Assembly (NCBI GenBank): GCA_963726745.1
Contig: CAVSDR010000003.1
Span: 96,001 to 160,000 of the forward strand
Origin: an uncultured Verrucomicrobiae bacterium
GTDB lineage: Bacteria > Verrucomicrobiota > Verrucomicrobiia > Chthoniobacterales > UBA10450
DNA length: 64,000 nucleotides
Direction: 5' to 3'
This document shows positions 53,020 through 63,707 of the stretch, in pieces (the first letter of the stretch is position 1; each line of letters begins with the position of its first letter). The position numbers were made by a program, and so were the translations under genes. The notes beneath the pieces are model-generated. The model made no database searches, was not told the DNA's origin, and saw only the letters and a program-made list of their open reading frames with translations.

Positions 53020-53047
53020 TGAATCCGGGACCGCCTCGGGGCGCATC
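53020..53047 (+). promoter_or_regulatory. TGAATCC-N16-GCATC motif, copy 3
   Basis: TGAATCC GGGACCGCCTCGGGGC GCATC, 16 nt before the ATG at 53064. Confidence 0.6.
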
Positions 53048-53063
53048 CTAGCTCCAGCCCCTC

Positions 53064-55484
53064 ATGAACACCGATCTCCGCTTCGCCTTCCGGCAACTGC
53101 TCAAGTCGCCGGGCTTTACTTTCCTCGCGGTGGCCACGCTCGCCCTCGGCATCGGGCTGAACGCCGCCATCTTCAGCTTGATCAACGATCTCTTCCTGCG
53201 CGACCTCCCCTTCAAAGATCCAGGGCGCGTGGTTCATCTTTTCACGAAACCAAAGGGCGGCGACACCTTTGACTGGCCCTTCTCGGCGCCGCGTTTCTTC
53301 CACTACCGCGACAGCCAGCAGCTTTTCGATGGCTTTGCCGCGGAGACGAACACCGCGTATACCCTCACCGGCCTGGGCACGCCGGTGTTACTTCAGGGGT
53401 TTCGCACGACTGCAAATTACTTCGAGGTTCTCGGTGTGCGCCCGATCCTCGGCCGGACCTTTCTCCCCGAGGAGGAAGAAGGCGCGGACGTCGCCCTAAT
53501 CTCGGAAAAATTCTGGCGCGCGCGCCTCGGCGGCGACCCAAATGTTCTCGGACGCAGCCTCACGCTCGATGGCACGGCGCACACCATCGTCGGCGTGCTG
53601 CCAAACATGCCCGCGCGCTGGGTTGGCCCGAATGGCAATGAAGTCTGGACGACGAAGCCATTCGTCATCCCTGGCTTCTCCTACGAACGGATGATGCGCG
53701 GGACAGCCTTCCTGCGCGTGATCGGCCGGATGAAGCCGGGCCAGACCGTTGAGCAAGTGGACGCCGGCCTGCGGCTGCTCGCACAAAGTTACCGCAGCGA
53801 ACACCCGGAAAAGTTCGACCTCGATGTCGTCACTTTCTTCAAGACTTTGCCCGACGATGTCGCCGGCGATTTGCGACCAGCCTTCGGGACTTTGCTGGCC
53901 GCGGTCGCTTTCGTTCTGCTGATTGCTTGCAGCAACGTGGCCAATCTTCTCCTCGTTCGGTTCAGTGGACGCCGGCGCGAGATCGCGCTGCGCCTGGCTT
54001 TGGGTGCTTCGCGCACGAGCGTGCTGCGCCTTTTCGTGTTCGAGAGTTTGCTCGTTAGTCTCTTCGCCGGCCTGGCCGGGGCCGTGCTCGCCTGGCAATT
54101 GGTTCCGCTGGTGCCGAAGCTGGCTTCCGATTTCCTTCCGCTCACTCCCGGCAGCGGTGGCGGCCTCTCGTGGCCGGTGCTTGTGTTTGCTGTGCTCCTC
54201 TCGATCGCGACCGGTCTGGCGATGGGCCTTTATCCCGCCTGGCAAAGTTCACGCACCGATTTAGTCGACGGCTTGAAAGAAGGCGGGCGCGGCTCGAGCG
54301 GGAGCGTGAAACAACAACGCTTCCGCCGGATCCTGGTCGGCACGCAGGTCGCACTCTCCGTCACCCTGCTCGCCGGCGCGGCCTTGCTCATCACCAGTTT
54401 CCTCCGGCTGAGCCAGCAGGATCTCGGCTTCCGCACGCAAAACCTCTGGGTCGGCTTCCTCACTTTGCCCGCGGCGGCCTATCCCGATGGGCCCACGCGC
54501 GCGCGTTTCGCGGATCAATTCGAGCGCGCCTTGCGCGAGGTCCCGGGCTTTGCCGCCGCCAGCGTGAGCGGCAATGTCCCTTTCGTGGGCGGCAATCGCA
54601 CGCTTTACACCAAGCCCGAAAACGCCGGCACGCCGATCGCCGAGCGCGCCTCCGCGCCCGCGCATGACATCACTCCTGGCTACCTGAAAATCTGGGGTGT
54701 GCCGTTGCTCGCCGGCCGCGATTTCGACGAGCGGGACCTCGCCGACCGCCCGCAAGTCATGCTCATTAGCCAGGCCGGTGCGCGCAAAGTCTTCGGCAAC
54801 GAAAGCCCGCTCGGCAAAACCCTGCTCGTGACCAGCAGCGGCGTGCCCGCGGAGATCGTCGGCATCGTCGGCGATATCCGCTCCGAACGCCCGGCCCAGC
54901 AGAACGACATGGAATTTTACCGTCCGCTCGCGCAGGAAAACTTCCCGTTCTTCACGCTCACGGTAAGCAGCACCTTCCCGGCAAACGAGATCACGCGCCT
55001 GGCGGAGAAAGCGCTCGGGAGCATCGATTCCACCCTGGCCATCGCCCAGCCGCAAATGATGAACGCGGTTGTCGCGCAAGCGATGGGCGAGGCTCGCCTA
55101 ACGACCATTCTGCTCGGTGTGTTCGCGGCCGTTGCGCTGCTCCTCGCCACCGTCGGCATCTATGGCGCCGTAGCCTACAGCGTGGAGCAACGCACTGGCG
55201 AAATCGGCGTGCGCATGGCCCTGGGCGCGCAAACGCGCGACGTCCTGCGCCTCGTGGTCGGCCAGGGAATGAAGCCGGTGCTGCTCGGTCTTGTCGCCGG
55301 CCTCGCGGCCGCGCTCGCGCTTGGCCGCTTGATCGCGGCGCAGCTTTACCAGGTCTCGGCGCAGGACCCCATCCTGCTCAGCGGCACCGTGCTTCTCCTC
55401 GCGCTGGCCGCGCTGCTGGCCTGCCTTTTTCCCGCGCGCCGCGCCACTTTGGTGAACCCCGTGGAAGCGCTCCGCGCGGAGTAA
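53064..55484 (+). CDS. Duplicated MacB/FtsX-type ABC permease (ADOP-like orphan permease)
   Basis: DLRFAFRQLLKSPGFT, LLIACSNVANLLL, REIALRLALGA, EIGVRMALGA, PARRATLVNPVEALRAE. Confidence 0.92.
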   Translation: MNTDLRFAFRQLLKSPGFTFLAVATLALGIGLNAAIFSLINDLFLRDLPFKDPGRVVHLFTKPKGGDTFDWPFSAPRFFHYRDSQQLFDGFAAETNTAYTLTGLGTPVLLQGFRTTANYFEVLGVRPILGRTFLPEEEEGADVALISEKFWRARLGGDPNVLGRSLTLDGTAHTIVGVLPNMPARWVGPNGNEVWTTKPFVIPGFSYERMMRGTAFLRVIGRMKPGQTVEQVDAGLRLLAQSYRSEHPEKFDLDVVTFFKTLPDDVAGDLRPAFGTLLAAVAFVLLIACSNVANLLLVRFSGRRREIALRLALGASRTSVLRLFVFESLLVSLFAGLAGAVLAWQLVPLVPKLASDFLPLTPGSGGGLSWPVLVFAVLLSIATGLAMGLYPAWQSSRTDLVDGLKEGGRGSSGSVKQQRFRRILVGTQVALSVTLLAGAALLITSFLRLSQQDLGFRTQNLWVGFLTLPAAAYPDGPTRARFADQFERALREVPGFAAASVSGNVPFVGGNRTLYTKPENAGTPIAERASAPAHDITPGYLKIWGVPLLAGRDFDERDLADRPQVMLISQAGARKVFGNESPLGKTLLVTSSGVPAEIVGIVGDIRSERPAQQNDMEFYRPLAQENFPFFTLTVSSTFPANEITRLAEKALGSIDSTLAIAQPQMMNAVVAQAMGEARLTTILLGVFAAVALLLATVGIYGAVAYSVEQRTGEIGVRMALGAQTRDVLRLVVGQGMKPVLLGLVAGLAAALALGRLIAAQLYQVSAQDPILLSGTVLLLALAALLACLFPARRATLVNPVEALRAE

Positions 55485-55489
55485 CAACT

Positions 55490-56389
55490 TTAGACGACGA
55501 CTTCACCCTCGCTCGCCGTGCGCTGGGAATAGAGCGCGCTCAGGCGTTGCGTCAGCGGGCCGATTTCGCCTCCGCCGATCGGCTTTCGGTCCAGCGCGGT
55601 CACGCCCGCGAGCTCGCCCATGGTCCCGGTGCAGAACATCTCGTCGGCCGTGTAGAGATCGTTCACCGTCAGGTTCGTCTCGGCGCAGGGAATCTTCTCC
55701 GCGGCGCAAATCTCGAGCACAGTCGCGCGGGTGATCCCTTCCGGACAGGCGACGACATGGCTGGTCAAGACCGTCCCGTTGCGCACCACGAAGACGTGGG
55801 TCGCGTTCGTTTCCGCCACGAAATCGCGGGTGTCGAGCATGAGGGCGTCGTCTGCCCCGGCGGCGGTGGCCTCGATCTTTGCGAGGATGGAGTTGAGCAG
55901 GTTCGCGTGATGAATCCGCGGATCGAGAATTTCCTTCGGCGGCCGACGGAAGCTGCTGGTGACTAACGAGAGGCCGGTTTTCGCGTAGACCGGCGCTTTC
56001 CATTCCGCGAGGACGATCAGGGTCGGCCCGCTTTGGTTCAGCCGCGGGTCCATCCCGGACGTGACTTTAACCCCGCGTGTGAGCGTGAGCCGCAGGTGCA
56101 CCCCATCGCGCATTTGGTTGGCGGCGAGCGTGCGCCGGATTTCCTCGGTGATCGCCTCGTCGCTCGGAATCTCGGCAAAGCTGAGCGCGGTCGCGGAGCG
56201 GCGCAGGCGAGCGAGGTGTTCGCGCAGCTTGAAGATGCGCCCATCGTAAAGCCGCAGGCCTTCCCAGACGGCGTCGCCGCCCTGGACCGCGGAGTCAAAC
56301 GGGCTCACGCCGGCCTGGTCGCGGTGCTTCAGCGTGCCGTTGATGTTGACCTGGAGGTCGCGATTGCGCTCGTCGAATTTTTGCAGCAT
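55490..56389 (-). CDS. Class IV PLP aminotransferase (BCAT/DAAT-like)
   Basis: GDAVWEGLR, HLARL, AETNATHVF, EGITR, ADEMFCTGTMGE. Confidence 0.88.
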   Translation of the reverse strand: MLQKFDERNRDLQVNINGTLKHRDQAGVSPFDSAVQGGDAVWEGLRLYDGRIFKLREHLARLRRSATALSFAEIPSDEAITEEIRRTLAANQMRDGVHLRLTLTRGVKVTSGMDPRLNQSGPTLIVLAEWKAPVYAKTGLSLVTSSFRRPPKEILDPRIHHANLLNSILAKIEATAAGADDALMLDTRDFVAETNATHVFVVRNGTVLTSHVVACPEGITRATVLEICAAEKIPCAETNLTVNDLYTADEMFCTGTMGELAGVTALDRKPIGGGEIGPLTQRLSALYSQRTASEGEVVV

Positions 56390-56399
56390 GCGGCAGCGC

Positions 56400-57128
56400 C
56401 TAACGAATCCGGTATTCCCGCAGCTCTTCGTAAATGGCGAGCGCGTCCAGGTAAACGTGCCGCAAACGGTCGGGCACATCCGGCGATTGCGGGCGGTAAG
56501 GCTGGAAGCCGGTCGACTGCTCCACCTCGGCATACCAATGCTTCGCCCACGGGCCATCGGTCGCGCGCGGGCCGGCCGGCCAGGAAAGCATCGCGTCGTC
56601 AAACTCCACGCCAATGGCTTCGCACAGGAGCCCAAGGGTGCGCGCAGGATTTTTCAAGATCGTGCGTGCATCGACCACCGGCGGGATTTTGCCGGTCGCC
56701 TGGCGGACGAACTCGAAGAGCTCCCGCTGTTGTACGAAGCCGAGATCGTCCAGCGTCGGGTCGTGATTCTTCTTCACGTAGGAGCAGATGACCTCCGCGG
56801 GATCGCGCAGGAGAAAGCAATTCGTCACCTGCGCGAGCCAGCCGCGATCGACCTCCGGGAGGAGGTGATGCGTCATCTGCTTCTGGTAAAAGATCGGCTT
56901 TCCGCCGGTCGGCCCGGCGCTCAAGTGGTCGGCTATTTTCTCCGGATCGGTCTCGCTCTGCGCGATCACTTCCGCCGCGCCGGGATGCGGCGCCCCGGTG
57001 CGCGCGAGATAGAAGCCGTAGAACGGCTCATCGATCACGAGCGTGTCCGGCCGGTTTTCCCACGCGCGCAGCATCGCGGTGGAGATATTCCGCGGCCCGG
57101 ACCACATGGCGATGCGCACGACATTCAT
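56400..57128 (-). CDS. Sulfotransferase-like P-loop protein
   Basis: MWSGPRNISTAMLR, DEPFY, KQMTHH, LLRDP, WAKHWY. Confidence 0.78.
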   Translation of the reverse strand: MNVVRIAMWSGPRNISTAMLRAWENRPDTLVIDEPFYGFYLARTGAPHPGAAEVIAQSETDPEKIADHLSAGPTGGKPIFYQKQMTHHLLPEVDRGWLAQVTNCFLLRDPAEVICSYVKKNHDPTLDDLGFVQQRELFEFVRQATGKIPPVVDARTILKNPARTLGLLCEAIGVEFDDAMLSWPAGPRATDGPWAKHWYAEVEQSTGFQPYRPQSPDVPDRLRHVYLDALAIYEELREYRIR

Positions 57129-57301
57129 GGCGCAGGATGCTAAGCCGGAGTCGGCGCCAATTCCCAGCAGAACCAGCGGACGCGCAGCGGAATACGGCCG
57201 CCGAAAGATTTCCCGGTGGACGCGATTTCACTTCTCGCGGCCTCCCGGCTTCGGCTTATTGCAGTGCGCCCGCGCAACCTTTACGCTCCCGCCTTCACGC
57301 T

Positions 57302-59005
57302 TTGCATCCGAACGAAGATTACGTCCTGAGAATTCTGGAAGACGTCGGCCTGGCGACCGCGACGCAAATTGAAAAGGCGCGCGCCCGGGCGGATGGCGAG
57401 AGCGGCGTGGTCGAGGTGCTGACGCGCGACGGCGTGCTCACGGAGACCGATGTCTCGCGCGCGCTCGCGGCCCAGGCGCACATGGATTGGATCGATCTTT
57501 CCGCGAAGACCATCCCTTCGGAAATCATCGGGCGCATTCGCGCGGAAGACGCCCGCCGCTTCAAGGTCGTGCCGGTGGGCCAGGGCGAGAGCGGTTTGAT
57601 CGTGGCCGTGAGCGATCCGCTCGACATCGAGGTGATGGACAGCCTCAGCTTCATCCTGCAAAGCGAGGTCGAGCTGGTCTGCAGCAGCCCGGAGAAAATT
57701 CGCGAGGCGCTGGTTAAATATTACGGCACCGCCGATGAGGCGTCCGATCTCCTCCAGCAAGGTCTCGGCAGCGAAGTCGATCTCGGCCTCAACATTGGCG
57801 AAGGCGATCCGGGCGACTCAGGCGAAACCGGCGACGCGCCGATTATCCGCCTCGTCTCGATGCTCCTGGTCGAGGCCCATCGCCTGGGCGCGAGCGATAT
57901 TCACCTCGAGCCGCTCGAGAAACAATTCCGCGTCCGCTTCCGCATCGATGGCGTCCTCCAGGAGATGCAGGCGCCGCCGAAGCGGCTGCAATCCGCCATC
58001 GTCAGCCGGCTCAAGATCATGACCGGCTCGATGAGCATCGCGGAGAAGCGCCTCCCGCAGGACGGACGCATCCAGGTGAAGATCGCGAAGAAAGCAGTCG
58101 ACCTGCGCGTTTCCACCATCCCGACGAATCACGGCGAAAGCGTGGTCATGAGGTTGCTGGATAAATCGAGCCTGATGCTCGGCCTGCCCGAGCTCGGCTT
58201 CATGAGCGACGACCAGGAAACCTTCGAGCGGCTCCTGCGTTTGCCCGACGGCATTCTCCTGGTCACCGGCCCGACCGGTTCCGGGAAAACGAGCACGCTC
58301 TACGCGTGTCTCAATTACATGAACAAGCCCGACCGGAAGATCATCACGGTCGAGGAGCCGGTGGAATACCAGATGAACGGGATCAACCAGGTGCAGGTGA
58401 ATGCCGACATCGGCATGACCTTCCCGGCGGCGCTCCGTTCCATCCTGCGCCAGGCGCCGAACATCATCATGATCGGTGAGATTCGCGATCACGAGACGGC
58501 CTCGATCGCGACCAACGCCAGCCTCACGGGTCACTTGGTTTTCTCGACCCTGCACACGAACGACGCGCCTTCGGCGATCGCGCGTCTGGTCGATATCGGC
58601 ATGCAGCCGTTCCTCGTCGCCTCGTCGGTGCGCGCGATCATGGCCCAGCGGCTCGTCCGGCGCCTTTGCCCGCAATGCAAGCAGCCGGGGGAATTGAGCG
58701 AGGCCGAGATGCGCGCCCTGCGGGTGGAGCCGTCGCAGCTCACCGAGGCGCAGATCATGAAGCCGGTCGGCTGCGAACGTTGCCGCGGAAAAGGTTACAA
58801 GGGCCGCATGGGCATCTTTGAGATGTTCGTGATCGACGACGACGTGCGCCACATGATCAACAACAAGAAGTCGACCCTGCTCCTGCGCCAGCGCGCCCGC
58901 GAGCTCGGGATGCGCACCCTGCGCGAGGATGGCGTGCGCAAAGTCTTAGCCGGCATGACCTCGGCCGAGGAAGTGATCTCGATCACCCTGGGAGACGCGA
59001 ACTGA
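57302..59005 (+). CDS. GspE/PilB family assembly ATPase
   Basis: ASDIHLEP, EKRLPQDGR, TGPTGSGKTS, LRQAPNIIMIGEIRD, TLHTND, Cys tetrad. Start inferred at TTG 57302. Confidence 0.92.
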   Translation: MHPNEDYVLRILEDVGLATATQIEKARARADGESGVVEVLTRDGVLTETDVSRALAAQAHMDWIDLSAKTIPSEIIGRIRAEDARRFKVVPVGQGESGLIVAVSDPLDIEVMDSLSFILQSEVELVCSSPEKIREALVKYYGTADEASDLLQQGLGSEVDLGLNIGEGDPGDSGETGDAPIIRLVSMLLVEAHRLGASDIHLEPLEKQFRVRFRIDGVLQEMQAPPKRLQSAIVSRLKIMTGSMSIAEKRLPQDGRIQVKIAKKAVDLRVSTIPTNHGESVVMRLLDKSSLMLGLPELGFMSDDQETFERLLRLPDGILLVTGPTGSGKTSTLYACLNYMNKPDRKIITVEEPVEYQMNGINQVQVNADIGMTFPAALRSILRQAPNIIMIGEIRDHETASIATNASLTGHLVFSTLHTNDAPSAIARLVDIGMQPFLVASSVRAIMAQRLVRRLCPQCKQPGELSEAEMRALRVEPSQLTEAQIMKPVGCERCRGKGYKGRMGIFEMFVIDDDVRHMINNKKSTLLLRQRARELGMRTLREDGVRKVLAGMTSAEEVISITLGDAN

Positions 59006-60690
59006 TGAACAACTCCCAGGTCGCCGAACTTTTCGTGGAGCAGCAGCTCTTCCAGCCGGGGCAATTAGACGACGTCCTGGAGGAGGCCAACCTCAACGGC
59101 AAGACGCTCGCGCAAACCATGATCGACAATGGCCTGCTCGACGAGCAGGGCTTTTACCAGACGATCGCGGACTCGTTAGGCACCGAGTTCGTCCCGCTGG
59201 ACGGTTACGAGATTCCGGCGGAAACGCTCCGGCTCATCCCGAGCGGTCTGGCGCGGCTGCATCGCGCGCTCCCGCTGGCGGCGAACGAGCACGGCATCAC
59301 CGTTGCGTTGGTCGATCCGCTCGACCCGCGCGCCTCCGAAGACCTGCGCTTCGCCCTTGGGAAAGACATCCATGTGGTCGTCTCCCCCACGGACGAAGTC
59401 GAGGAGCGGATCAAGAAGCACTACGGCAGCGACACCTCCAGCATGGAGGACATCCTCAAGCAGCTCGGCGACACCGGCGACCTGCTCGAGCTCGCGGGCG
59501 ACGAGGCCGCGATCAACGTCGAGGCGGAGGCGAACGCCACCCCGATCATTCGCTTCGTCGACTTGATCCTGTTCCAGGCGATCCAGGACCGCGCGAGCGA
59601 CATCCACTTCGAGCCCTTCGAGCACGAGTTCAAAATTCGCTATCGCGTCGACGGCGCGCTCTACGAAATGGCGCCGCCGCCGCGGCATCTCGCGCTCCCG
59701 GTGATTTCGCGCGTGAAAGTGATGGCTAATTTAAACATCGCGGAGCGCCGCCTGCCGCAGGATGGCCGCATCCAGCGGAACATCGCTGGCCGCACGGTCG
59801 ACATGCGTGTTTCGACTTTGCCGACGCAATTTGGCGAGAGCGTGGTGCTCCGCGTGCTCGATCGCTCGACCGTCAACCTCGACCTCGAGACCCTCGGGAT
59901 GCCGCAGGATATTTTTGATTACGTCGTCGACGTGATCAATCGCCCGAACGGCATCTTCATCGTCACCGGCCCGACCGGTTCCGGAAAAACGACCACGCTC
60001 TATAGCTGCCTGCGCAAGATCAACACCATCGACGCCAAGCTCCTGACCGCGGAGGACCCGGTGGAATACGACCTCGACGGCATCGTCCAGGTGCCGGTGA
60101 ACGAAGCGATCGGCCTCAGTTTTGCGCGCATCCTCCGCGCCTTCCTCCGCCAGGATCCAGACCGCATCATGGTGGGAGAAACGCGCGACCTCGAGACCGC
60201 GCAGATCGCCATCCAGGCCTCGCTCACGGGCCACCTCGTCTTCACCACCCTGCACACGAACGACGCCCCCGGCGCGGTCACGCGCTTGATCGACATGAAC
60301 GTGGAGCCGTTCCTCATCTCCTCGACGCTCGAGGCCGTCCTCGGCCAGCGCTTGCTCCGGAGCATTTGTCCCAGTTGCAAGACGACCTACATGCCTAACG
60401 AGGCCTTGCTCGACCAGCTCGGGATTTCCCGGCGCGATCTCGGCGAGAAGGAATTCTTCTACGGAAAAGGCTGCGAAGCCTGCAACCAGACCGGCTACAA
60501 GGGCCGCAAAGGCATTTACGAGCTGATGAAAATAACCGACCCGATCCGCGAACTGATCAACGAGCGCGCGCCCGCGGTCGTCTTGAAGCAAAAAGCCGTC
60601 GAGCTCGGGATGGTGACGCTGCGGCAGGATGGCATTCGAAGCATTTTCGAAGGCGCGACCACGGTCGAGGAAGTGCTCAAATACACCTGA
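59005..60690 (+). CDS. Second GspE/PilB family assembly ATPase
   Basis: ASDIHFEP, TGPTGSGKTT, LRQDPD, GETRD, GYKGRKG. Confidence 0.93.
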   Translation: MNNSQVAELFVEQQLFQPGQLDDVLEEANLNGKTLAQTMIDNGLLDEQGFYQTIADSLGTEFVPLDGYEIPAETLRLIPSGLARLHRALPLAANEHGITVALVDPLDPRASEDLRFALGKDIHVVVSPTDEVEERIKKHYGSDTSSMEDILKQLGDTGDLLELAGDEAAINVEAEANATPIIRFVDLILFQAIQDRASDIHFEPFEHEFKIRYRVDGALYEMAPPPRHLALPVISRVKVMANLNIAERRLPQDGRIQRNIAGRTVDMRVSTLPTQFGESVVLRVLDRSTVNLDLETLGMPQDIFDYVVDVINRPNGIFIVTGPTGSGKTTTLYSCLRKINTIDAKLLTAEDPVEYDLDGIVQVPVNEAIGLSFARILRAFLRQDPDRIMVGETRDLETAQIAIQASLTGHLVFTTLHTNDAPGAVTRLIDMNVEPFLISSTLEAVLGQRLLRSICPSCKTTYMPNEALLDQLGISRRDLGEKEFFYGKGCEACNQTGYKGRKGIYELMKITDPIRELINERAPAVVLKQKAVELGMVTLRQDGIRSIFEGATTVEEVLKYT

Positions 60691-60753
60691 TCTCGCTGGC
60701 TAAAATTTGAAACTTCCCATTCGCCCGCTGTCGGGTAATCAATAGCCCCGGCC

Positions 60754-62054
60754 ATGCCCCGTTACACTTACGTAGCCCTCGACGCGCGCGGTCAGGAATC
60801 CACCGGCCTGGTCGAGGCCACCTCGACCAACGAAGCGATTGGCCAGCTCCGGCAGGCCGGCTATTTCCCGACAAATGTCTTCGAGGAAGGCACCGGCGGA
60901 CGTGAGGCCAAGGCGGTCACGAAGAAAGCCAAGAAGGCCCAGCCGCTCAAGTCTGCGGGCAGCCCGGCGACCGGCGCGAAAAAAGGGATCGTGCTCTTCG
61001 AGCGCAAGACGGTGAAGACCAAGATCCTGATGATCTTCACCCGGCAACTTGCAACCTTGATCGATTCCGGCCTCCCGCTCCTGCGCGCGCTCACCGTGCT
61101 CGCGAAACAAGAGCGCGACAAAGTTTTGCAGGCGACCATCGGCAAGCTCTCCGATGCGGTCCAGGGAGGCAGCACTTTCTCGGAAGGCCTCGCGCAGCAC
61201 CCGAAAATCTTCAACGATCTCTACGTAAACATGGTCCGCGCCGGCGAAGTCGGCGGCGTGCTCGAGCTTGTGCTCACGCGGCTCGCGGAGTTCCAGGAAA
61301 AGGCGCAGAAAATCAAGAACAAGGTCGTGGCCGCGATGGTCTACCCGGTCATCGTCATGTTCCTCGCGATCGGCATCCTCGCCTTCCTGCTCGTCTTCAT
61401 TGTCCCGAAATTTGAGATGATCTTTAAGGACATGCTCGGCGACAAACCGCTGCCTGGGATCACGCTGTTTGTCATCGGCTTAAGCAACGCCATCCAAAGC
61501 CATTACCTGATCATTCTCGGGCTCATCGGCGTGATCGTCGTCGGGATGAAACTCCTCGGCCGGACGCCGAAGGGAAAGCTCCTGCTCGATCGCACCAAGC
61601 TGCGCGCGCCGCTCTTCGGCGACCTCATGCGCAAGACCGCGATCTCGCGTTTCTCGCGCACCCTCGGCACGCTCGTGACCAGCGGCGTGCCGATTCTCCA
61701 GGCGCTCAACATTACCCGCGAGACTGCTGGCAATACCGTGATCGCGTCGGCTATTTCCCAGGTGCACGATAGCGTCAAGGAAGGCGAATCGATCGTGCAA
61801 CCGCTCGAAGCCAGCGGCGCCTTCCCGCCGATGGTCATCAGCATGATCGACGTCGGCGAAGAAACCGGCCAGCTCCCCGAGATGCTCCTGAAGATTGCCG
61901 AGGTCTACGACGACGAGGTCGACAACTCCGTCGCCGGCCTCACCTCGATGCTCGAGCCAATCATGATCGTCTTCCTCGCGCTCGTCGTCGGCACGATCGT
62001 CATCGCCCTCTTCATGCCGCTGATCAGCATCATCAGTGGTCTCCAGCAACAAAC

Positions 62055-62058
<4 letters not shown>
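60754..62058 (+). CDS. PilC/GspF inner-membrane platform protein
   Basis: FTRQLATLIDSGLP, AGEVGGVL, AMVYP, GEETGQL, MLEP. Confidence 0.93.
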
Positions 62059-62639
<581 letters not shown>

Positions 62640-62643
62640 CGCG

Positions 62644-63705
62644 TTAGCTCTTCGTATCCACCACCACGACCACGCGGCGGTTCGGCTGCTGCCGCGCAAT
62701 CTCGGCTTGCTCCGCCGCTGGATCGCCCGGGTTGATCGCGCGCGGCGGGATGAGGAATTTGCTCGCGCCAAAGCCGCGCGTCTCGATCTGCGTGGGATTG
62801 ATCTGCAACGCCTCCACCAGGTAGCGCTTCACGCTGTCTGCGCGGCGCTGGCTCAGGTCCAGGTTGTAGTCAAACGAGCCTAACGAGTCGGTGTAGCCCT
62901 CGACTCGGAAGGTTGCCTTTGGGTTGCGCTTGATCAACATCGCCAGCTTTTGTAACTGGTCGACCGCGCCGCCGCCGAGGTCGGCGCTGTTGTAGCCGAA
63001 GAGCTGGTTCTCCGGCATGCGGATGGCCGTACCCGATCCGAGCGGACCTTTCTGCGAGAGCAATTGATCGAGATCGCTGAAGCCCGGCGTCCGTCCGCGA
63101 TCCGGCCCGGCGCTGTCACCCGGGAGGCGATTGATCACGTTCGGCTTTTGAATCGTGGTGCTGCGCGCGAGTTCCGTCCCGGTGAGCGCTGGTTGCGGCC
63201 GGCCGGAAACCGCGGTGTCGTTCAGGATCGATTGCTCCCGCGTCGCCGTCGGACTTCGGTCGAGCGTTTGCGCGGTGTTCCGCTCAATCTCCTTCAGGAT
63301 CGAGCTGGCGTTGTTCGGGTCGACCCGCGGATTATCCGGCAAGACGTCGGCCACATCGTCCGGGATCGCGGTCGAGGCGTGCACTTCCTCGAGCAGTTTA
63401 TCGAACGATTTCTTCTCGTCCGGGAGCTGCACGTCGGTCTTGTCCGGCTCCGGCTTCGCCGCCTGCTGGCTCGCGTCCATGCTCGCCTTGTCCAGCGGCT
63501 GCAGGTCGACCGTCTTCACATTGAAGGTGGCCGTCTTCTGCGGCGGCACCACCATCGAAGCGATCGACTGGAACTCCGTCCGGTAAAAGTAAACGCAGAG
63601 CAACGCGTGGAGCGCGAGCGAGACCAGCAAGCCCACCAGCAGCCAGTTCCGCTGCCGGCTGCCTGACCAGACCGAGTCGTCAAATTCGTGTGTCTCGCCT
63701 GCCAT
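62644..63705 (-). CDS. Membrane-anchored OmpA/MotB C-terminal domain protein
   Basis: TM segment SLALHALL, LFGYNSADL, VEGYTDS, NLDLSQRRADSV, NRRV. Confidence 0.85.
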   Translation of the reverse strand: MAGETHEFDDSVWSGSRQRNWLLVGLLVSLALHALLCVYFYRTEFQSIASMVVPPQKTATFNVKTVDLQPLDKASMDASQQAAKPEPDKTDVQLPDEKKSFDKLLEEVHASTAIPDDVADVLPDNPRVDPNNASSILKEIERNTAQTLDRSPTATREQSILNDTAVSGRPQPALTGTELARSTTIQKPNVINRLPGDSAGPDRGRTPGFSDLDQLLSQKGPLGSGTAIRMPENQLFGYNSADLGGGAVDQLQKLAMLIKRNPKATFRVEGYTDSLGSFDYNLDLSQRRADSVKRYLVEALQINPTQIETRGFGASKFLIPPRAINPGDPAAEQAEIARQQPNRRVVVVVDTKS

Positions 63706-63707
63706 GG

